A model generated the notes under the pieces. The model was not told where the DNA came from and searched no databases. It saw only the letters and a list, made by a program, of their open reading frames with translations. This document shows positions 57,983 through 64,000 of a stretch of 64,000 nucleotides of DNA, one piece after another (position 1 is the stretch's first letter; each line of letters begins with the position of its first letter). The DNA is from Candidatus Hydrogenedentota bacterium (lineage in GTDB: Bacteria; Hydrogenedentota; Hydrogenedentia; Hydrogenedentales; SLHB01). The stretch covers positions 192,001-256,000 of the forward strand of contig CAXXYE010000007.1 of assembly GCA_963674865.2 (NCBI GenBank), in the 5' to 3' direction. The translations under genes were made by a program, and so were the position numbers.

Positions 57983-58019
57983 GCCCTGCACCGACTAAGT
58001 CGGTGCAGGGCCTTTTTTT
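57983..58019 (+). terminator. Strong intrinsic terminator
   Basis: Perfect 13-bp stem GCCCTGCACCGAC-TAA-GTCGGTGCAGGGC, then CTTTTTTT. Confidence 0.8.
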
Positions 58020-58194
58020 GTCCCTGAGGTGTCCGAACGTTCAGGCGCACTAACTCCCTCTAAAACCGTACAAGACGCTACCTGCTTGATCCAGAAACTT
58101 GCGAGCAGGGGACGACTGGCATTGCGCCATTGGCCTCGAATCAACATTTCGGGTAGTATAGCGCATCAAGTAACCGCCACAAGGATGAACTCCG

Positions 58195-58398
58195 ATGGAA
58201 GGCCAAGACATTCCGGTGCTTGTGAAGTGTCTGCGGAGTGGCATGGGCTTGACCCAGGAAGGACTTGCACGGCAACTGGGTGTGTCGTTTGGCACGCTCG
58301 ATCAGTCGGGAAACGGCCACTGTCGCCCTCCGCCCTTCCTGCTGAGACAATTGAAGGATTTGGAGCTATCGTTGGGCAACGACAAGGGGCGACGGTAG
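58195..58398 (+). CDS. XRE-family HTH regulator (C-protein-like), possibly degenerate
   Basis: LVKCLR..MGLTQEGLARQLGVSFGTL; the usual NRWENG reads DQSGNG. Confidence 0.7.
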   Translation: MEGQDIPVLVKCLRSGMGLTQEGLARQLGVSFGTLDQSGNGHCRPPPFLLRQLKDLELSLGNDKGRR

Positions 58399-58570
58399 CC
58401 AGCGTTCCTTGCCGACGACCAAACCGCATCCGAGATGATCAGACGGAGTCTATATGCGTCCGTAGCGCGTCATATCGAAGGTCCAGACGTGCACCCGGGC
58501 GATCCAAGGATGAGCCTGATATTCCTGGCCCGTTGGTTGAATACATGGCGCATTAGGAGAAGATGTAGGC

Positions 58571-60625
58571 ATGACACGAGGACCTAGGCGAACGAGGAGC
58601 CCAAAACGCGAATACAGGATGACTGTCGCGGGCCAACTTTTCAAGCACCTTGGCCTTCAGATGTATTCCGGCGCAGTTCCCGCCATCGCCGAACTCATAT
58701 CGAACGCGTACGACGCCATGGCCAAGAACGTATGGATCACAGTACCAACGGGCCGCCCCATTCAGCCAACCGACGAGATCATTGTTAAAGACGATGGGTG
58801 TGGCATGAGTTATGAGGAGTGCAATTCGCTATACCTGTTCGTCGGCCGAGATCGCCGTTCAAACGCAAGTGAGTGGACACAGGCATACAACGGTCTTCAG
58901 CCCCGGAAGGTCCAAGGCCGCAAGGGTATTGGCAAACTTGCTGGATTCGGCATTGCAGATCGCATCAAGATCCGTACAGTAAAGGACAAGGAAATCTCCC
59001 ACTTTGGATTGGATTTCTCTGCGCTCACCAAGAGTTCCGAATTCGCAGACACGAAAGGATACAAACCAGAGATCCTGGACGAAGATGGGGGGAAATCCAC
59101 GCGAGCAAGACCAGGAACCACTGTAACGCTCTCTCAGCTTAAGATTAGCCGCGCGGTAGACGAGAATCAGTTCAAGACCAGCCTAGCGAGAAGGCTTCTG
59201 GTTTTGGACGACAACTTCACGGTGCACGTTAACGGATCCGCAATCACCCGACAAGAGATTCCATTTCAATTTCGATTTCCCAAGAAGCCTGGAAGCTGGG
59301 ACACGGCTGAACTCGGCAATGGACAACAGATTCAGTGGTGGGCCGGTTTCTGCAAAGACACAATACCGGACGAAGAACAGCGCGGCTTCGTTGTCTATGT
59401 ACGGGGGAAGTTGGCTCAGACTCCATGGTTTTTCGATCTGAGTGGTGGCGTCTGGGGCCAGCACGGCATGCAGTATCTCACGGGTGAAGTCAAAGCGGAC
59501 TTCCTCGACGAAAGCGTCGATCTCGTCGCCACTGACCGGGGTACAATTCGGTGGGAAGACCCAATCGCGCTACCGTTAAGGGATTGGGGGCGCAAGAAGA
59601 TTAAGGAGTTGCTTGAGACATGGACGGACAAGAGACGCGAGGCAAAGGCCAAGAGTACGAAGATCGTCGAATTCCTTAAACAGGCGGAAACTCTGCCAGA
59701 GCGAGAACGTAAGATCTTCAAGTCGGTCGTTGATCGCATATGTGCGATTCCACAGATTGATAAGGACCAGGAAGGTAAAGACATAGCGGACGAGCTTGTT
59801 GAGTTCGCATACAACGCACTGACAAATAGAAGCTTCCTTGACGCAATCCGTAGGCTTAACGCCGCATCCACAGAGGATGTCGCACATCTTTCTGAAGTCC
59901 TCTCTGAGTGGGACATCATCGAAGCTGTGAATACGGCCCATCTCGTTAAGGGCCGAGTGGAAATTATCCGCAAATTCAATCAGATGATAGACGACAAGGT
60001 TCCAGAAAAACCGGACATGCAGGACTATCTGCGAGATCACCCGTGGCTCATTGACCCGAAGTGGACAACTCTTGTTCACGAGCAATCTCTTGACAAACTT
60101 ATTGTGACGCAATTCGGGCTCTCCCGATCGAAAACTAAGGATGGTTCCCGTCGGTTGGATTTCTTCTGCCTCGGCGACAAATACAAGACTGTCCACGTTG
60201 TCGAGACCAAGCGGCCAGGAGATTTGGTCGGAAGGGAGGAATTTGATCAGCTTCGTGACTACGTCTTGTTTCTCCGTCAGAAGCTTCAGGACGAAGTCAC
60301 CGACGAAGAGCATAAGAGAACCACTGTGCGCGGATTATTGATAGCTGACCGTGTACGCCCAAACGACCAGACCCATGCCAAAACTCATCAAGCCTCGGGC
60401 GTCTTCGATATTCGTGCGTGGGGCAACCTGTTATTGGCCGCTGAGACGCTGCACCAAGAGTTCCTGGATATCGTGAAGGGCCGTGCGCCTGCCGACGATC
60501 CGAGAATGAAGACGCTATCGCAAGCTGAGTCAGCAGCAGACTCGTCACGTAGTCGAGCGAAGCGCCAAGCGAGGAAGAAGCCCGCCTCGACCGTGAAAAG
60601 AAAACCGAAGAGAAGAAAGAAGTGA
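58571..60625 (+). CDS. GHKL (MORC-type) ATPase fused to a PD-(D/E)xK nuclease; putative restriction component
   Basis: [31 protein letters not shown]-terminal E..MQDYL..HPWL, RLDFF, VVETKRP, QL.DY. Confidence 0.85.
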   Translation: MTRGPRRTRSPKREYRMTVAGQLFKHLGLQMYSGAVPAIAELISNAYDAMAKNVWITVPTGRPIQPTDEIIVKDDGCGMSYEECNSLYLFVGRDRRSNASEWTQAYNGLQPRKVQGRKGIGKLAGFGIADRIKIRTVKDKEISHFGLDFSALTKSSEFADTKGYKPEILDEDGGKSTRARPGTTVTLSQLKISRAVDENQFKTSLARRLLVLDDNFTVHVNGSAITRQEIPFQFRFPKKPGSWDTAELGNGQQIQWWAGFCKDTIPDEEQRGFVVYVRGKLAQTPWFFDLSGGVWGQHGMQYLTGEVKADFLDESVDLVATDRGTIRWEDPIALPLRDWGRKKIKELLETWTDKRREAKAKSTKIVEFLKQAETLPERERKIFKSVVDRICAIPQIDKDQEGKDIADELVEFAYNALTNRSFLDAIRRLNAASTEDVAHLSEVLSEWDIIEAVNTAHLVKGRVEIIRKFNQMIDDKVPEKPDMQDYLRDHPWLIDPKWTTLVHEQSLDKLIVTQFGLSRSKTKDGSRRLDFFCLGDKYKTVHVVETKRPGDLVGREEFDQLRDYVLFLRQKLQDEVTDEEHKRTTVRGLLIADRVRPNDQTHAKTHQASGVFDIRAWGNLLLAAETLHQEFLDIVKGRAPADDPRMKTLSQAESAADSSRSRAKRQARKKPASTVKRKPKRRKK

Positions 60626-61734
60626 AGAACGGTAAGCCCATCGCCATAGACCTGTTCGCCGGATGCGGTGGTTTGACACGCGGTCTCCGAGACGCCGGGT
60701 TTCACGTTGGTGCGGCCGTGGAGGTCGATCCTATCGCCGCTCAAACGTATCGTTGGAACAATCGGCGCACCGTCCTGTTTGAGAGGGACGTCCGGGACGT
60801 TTCAGCATCTGAGCTTCTGGATGCATTAGATGGTCGGCCCGTTGCACTGTTGGCTGGCTGCGCGCCATGTCAAGGTTTCTGCTCGTTGACGGCGAAGCAC
60901 AAGAAGGATGACCCTAGAAACGCGCTCCTGATGGTTATGGCCGACCTCATCCAAGAGATTCAACCGCAGGCAATCATGATGGAAAACGTCCCGGGACTGG
61001 TCAACCGAGGGAAGACGGTCTTTGACCAGTTCTTGAGCGTCCTGGACCGGTTTGGATATGACACAGAGGGCTGCTGGCGCGTGGAACAGATGGCGAACTT
61101 CGGGATTCCTCAATCCCGACGGCGTCTGGTCCTACTGGCGGGTCAAGGCTTCAAAGTCCCGTTCCCAAAGCCAACTCATGCGCGTTCGCCCAAGAACGGG
61201 ACTGAGCTGATGCCATGGCGTACCGTCAGTGACGCGATACGCCACATGCGCGCCCCCAAGAGGCTAAAGGCAGCACTCAAAGAGGGCGGCCCTGTCTCCC
61301 ACAACTGGCACGTGGTTCGTGATCTCCAACCGCAGACCAAAGAGAGACTGCGTGCCGCAGTACCTGGACAGACATGGCTCAGAATTGAAGAATCGCTACG
61401 CCCCGAGTGTCATAGAAACGGATACAAAGGATTCACCAACGTCTACGGCAGGATGGCGTGGGACCAACCCTCGCCAACAATCACTGGGGGATGCACGACG
61501 CCATGTAAGGGCAGGTTCGGACATCCAGACCGGAGAAGGCACACGATTTCCGTCAGGGAGGCGGCATTGCTGCAGACCTTCCCAACGCGGTACCGGTTTA
61601 CTACTGACCAGATTGACGCTGTCTGCGACATGATTGGGAACGCGGTCCCCCCCCTCTACGCCAAGCTGGCAGGCAAGCACGTGATGACCGCGCTTGCGGC
61701 ACTATCAGCAAGTGTGGATGCGCCTGACGAATGA
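60622..61734 (+). CDS. dcm: DNA (cytosine-5) methyltransferase
   Basis: DLFAGCGG (I), PCQGF (IV), ENVPG (VI), PQSRRR (VIII), [10 protein letters not shown] (IX), IGNAVPP (X). Confidence 0.95.
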   Translation: MKNGKPIAIDLFAGCGGLTRGLRDAGFHVGAAVEVDPIAAQTYRWNNRRTVLFERDVRDVSASELLDALDGRPVALLAGCAPCQGFCSLTAKHKKDDPRNALLMVMADLIQEIQPQAIMMENVPGLVNRGKTVFDQFLSVLDRFGYDTEGCWRVEQMANFGIPQSRRRLVLLAGQGFKVPFPKPTHARSPKNGTELMPWRTVSDAIRHMRAPKRLKAALKEGGPVSHNWHVVRDLQPQTKERLRAAVPGQTWLRIEESLRPECHRNGYKGFTNVYGRMAWDQPSPTITGGCTTPCKGRFGHPDRRRHTISVREAALLQTFPTRYRFTTDQIDAVCDMIGNAVPPLYAKLAGKHVMTALAALSASVDAPDE

Positions 61735-62180
61735 GCAACTGGCCGGGAGATTCACAAAGAGAGCGAACATCCTTTGGTGGCCTGTCCCGCGGACAATTGA
61801 TGGCCCGAGTACGGAGTAGGGGGAACGCGACAACTGAGCAGCGCATGGCCTCATTGCTCCGGTTAACGCGCTTGTCGGGCTGGCGAAGACACCAGCCACT
61901 TCCCGGTCGCCCAGATTTTGTGTGGCGCAAAGAAAAGGTTGCGCTTTTCGTCGACGGCTGCTTCTGGCACGGCCACGACTGCGGAAAGAATGTGACGCCA
62001 AAGACTAATCCCAAGGAATGGCAGGATAAGATTGCAGGCAACAGAAGCAGGGACCGACGCGTTACACGAGCGCTACGCAGGGAAGGGTGGACCGTGATAC
62101 GCGTGTGGGAATGTCAGCTTGCCAAGAATCCCAAGCGTTGCGCAGAAAGAATCAGAAGGGCGCTGTTCTCCTCTCGCTGA
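61731..62180 (+). CDS. vsr: Very short patch repair endonuclease
   Basis: [37 protein letters not shown]. Confidence 0.93.
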   Translation: MSNWPGDSQRERTSFGGLSRGQLMARVRSRGNATTEQRMASLLRLTRLSGWRRHQPLPGRPDFVWRKEKVALFVDGCFWHGHDCGKNVTPKTNPKEWQDKIAGNRSRDRRVTRALRREGWTVIRVWECQLAKNPKRCAERIRRALFSSR

Positions 62181-62281
62181 ATTCAAAGACGAATTGAGCT
62201 TCCTCCGTGCGCATCCATCGTGATGGAGAAGACGAGGGAGGTCGGTGGTAACACGGCTCCTGGCCGTGCCCGTATCACTAC

Positions 62282-62420
62282 GTGAGCGGATATCACCAAA
62301 TCCCGAATCGCTGTCCACAAGATGATGTCACAACTGTTGAGTCTTGCCGGAATCTCTTCCTCGAGCTACGTTTGTCCCTACAAAAGTGACATGGCGAGAC
62401 AAGACCGGACCCTCGACCCG
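62282..62420 (-). pseudogene. Possible degraded TIR-domain fragment
   Basis: RGSGLVSPCH, frameshift, GQT*LEEEIPARLNSCDIIL, reminiscent of TIR_2 G.I.PWHD..I.PG..W..EI...L...DIIL. Confidence 0.3.
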
Positions 62421-62673
62421 TACACTGAGCCATGCACGGCTTGGGCTTCGGTGAGTTCGCAATACGCGGAGTCGCGTCTGGAAATGCGCGCCCATTATGG
62501 CGCACTACCGCCACTCCGGGCAGCGTCGCGAGCGTAGCATAATCTCCCTTTGAGCTAATAGAGAGTATGCGTGAGAAGCGCGCGCCGGAACCGCCGCACG
62601 TACGTTGGAAGGACTCCAGAGAAATGCCGCGTGGACCCAAGGGGCCGCCACGGGAGCGCGTAGCGGCGAAGAG

Positions 62674-62862
62674 TTACTCCACGGCCACCAGGCACATGCC
62701 GAGTTGTTCCTCGAGATCACGGAGGTGCGCGACCTTCTCCGCGTCCAGCGCCGCGGGCTCGAGTGTAACATCCGTCACGGCCAGCAACTTAACCTCCGAG
62801 TTCTGCTCGAAATCTTGCAGGGCCTTTAGCTGGTCATCACTCAACTTGGCGAAGACGTACAT
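62674..62862 (-). CDS. Small hypothetical protein with an internal duplication (62 aa)
   Basis: Strong AAGGGAGG RBS; GC3 bias; two similar halves. Confidence 0.75.
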   Translation of the reverse strand: MYVFAKLSDDQLKALQDFEQNSEVKLLAVTDVTLEPAALDAEKVAHLRDLEEQLGMCLVAVE

Positions 62863-63033
62863 GACATCCGTCCTCCCTTTATCACATAATCCGTTTCGTC
62901 AACAAAGCCAGTATCGGCCTCGGTGCGCGATTTGTCAACGGCCTGAACGCTTCGAACTGCGCGGCAATATTGGCAACCCGGCCGCCCGGATGCACCCCGC
63001 CGCCTCAATCGCGTATCATGCCGTGGCAGAACC

Positions 63034-63819
63034 ATGGCAAAGAAACAAACACCGCCGCGCCGCGAAACCGACCTCTACCAACCGGTACACGACTTCCTCG
63101 TCGCGCAAGGCTACACCGTCCGGGCGGAGGTCAATCACTGCGATATCACCGCCCGCAAAGGCGACGACTTGATCCTCATCGAACTCAAGCGACACTTCGG
63201 CATCGACCTGCTGCTTCAGGCCTCCGAGCGCCAACGCATCTCGGACTCGGTTTACGTCGCCTTTCCCGCCCCGACCGATCTTGGGCGCTCCCGGCGATGG
63301 CGTGGGATCAAACGGCTCCTGCGTCAACTCGAGCTTGGCCTCATCCTCGTGTTCACTGATTCGCCCAAGCCGCGGATCGAGATCGTCTTTCATCCACTTC
63401 CCTACCAGCGGCGTAAGAACAAGGCAGCGCGGCGGGCCGTCCTACAGGAGATCGCGGCCCGCTCAGGCGACTACAACCAGGGCGGCGCCACCCGCACCAA
63501 GCTCGTCACGGCCTACCGCGAAAACGCGATTCATATCGCCTGCTGCCTGGACAAGCTCGGCCCGTTGACGCCCCGCCGACTCCGCGCCCTCGGAACCGGC
63601 CCCAAAACGCTGTCCATCGTGTCCAGTAACTTCTACGGCTGGTTCGAGCGCATAGCGCGCGGCGTTTATGCCATTACCCCCGCGGGCAACGCTGCTCTCG
63701 ACGATTACCCCGAACTTGCCGGCCAGTATCGCCAGCAATTGGCGGGCGAAGCCGGCGCCGGTGCTGAACAGTCGCGCAGCACTGCTGTCCCACGCACACG
63801 GAAGGGGAGGACGTCTTGA
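63034..63819 (+). CDS. DUF2161-family putative PD-(D/E)xK phosphodiesterase
   Basis: RETDLY.PV..FL...GY.VRAEV..CD, IELK, RSGDYN.GG, TAYRE.A, NFYGWFER..RGVY. Confidence 0.85.
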   Translation: MAKKQTPPRRETDLYQPVHDFLVAQGYTVRAEVNHCDITARKGDDLILIELKRHFGIDLLLQASERQRISDSVYVAFPAPTDLGRSRRWRGIKRLLRQLELGLILVFTDSPKPRIEIVFHPLPYQRRKNKAARRAVLQEIAARSGDYNQGGATRTKLVTAYRENAIHIACCLDKLGPLTPRRLRALGTGPKTLSIVSSNFYGWFERIARGVYAITPAGNAALDDYPELAGQYRQQLAGEAGAGAEQSRSTAVPRTRKGRTS

Positions 63820-63886
63820 AGCCCGGGATTGTAATGCTATCGTTCACGCTCGTTGCCCTCAGCGCAACGGCCACCACCCTCTAGTA

Positions 63887-64000
63887 TTCTGACTCGCAAT
63901 TTACGTTGCTTGTCCGCAGACGAAGAACGCCAAAAAGAAGCGAAAGACCGGGACTGTCCGAAGCGGAGTCCGCCGCAGGCGGACGCAGACGGGACTGTCC
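63887..64000. repeat. Palindromic repeat family A copy (truncated by the window end)
   Basis: TTCTGACTCGCAATTTACGTTGCTTGTCCGCAGACG leader; GGGACTGTCC..GTCCGCC-GCA-GGCGGAC..GGGACTGTCC. Confidence 0.8.

Noticed and set aside
63034..63819. DUF2161 gene as part of the restriction island
   Set aside because: Host-like GC-rich codons and separated from vsr by about 850 bp and a divergent gene; no evidence of linkage
283..64000. CRISPR array interpretation of the palindromic repeats
   Set aside because: Copies are dispersed kilobases apart with no regular spacers and no cas genes

Overview
GC-rich bacterial chromosomal window, mostly core or metabolic genes, with no rRNA, tRNA or CRISPR array that I can see. 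Main blocks, left to right: (1) ilvBN, a voltage-gated K+ channel and an FRG-domain gene; (2) a siroheme-dependent (Ahb) heme cluster, sirC-hemC-cobA/hemD-ahbC-ahbA-ahbB-ahbD, with hemA, hemB and hemL absent from the window; (3) metallophosphoesterases, a methyltransferase, acyltransferase + HAD, HU, a UroD-family protein and an ankyrin protein; (4) a PAS histidine kinase/response regulator pair facing a receiver-kinase hybrid that lacks its phospho-acceptor His; (5) a tight dtd-AsnB-like-formyltransferase-GT2/TPR-GNAT operon; (6) an orphan gene behind a perfect sigma-28 promoter; (7) secreted glycan-degrading enzymes (GH127-like, FG-GAP+DUF4091-like, heparinase II/III-like); (8) a stand-alone coiled-coil/MshEN protein; (9) a visibly AT-richer defence island (~57.9-62.5 kb) of XRE regulator, GHKL/MORC ATPase-PD-(D/E)xK nuclease fusion, C5 DNA methyltransferase and Vsr, preceded by a structured non-coding segment and followed by a possible TIR remnant. 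Two families of palindromic intergenic repeats and an IS200-like remnant are scattered through the window. All calls come from reading motifs by eye; no database search was run.
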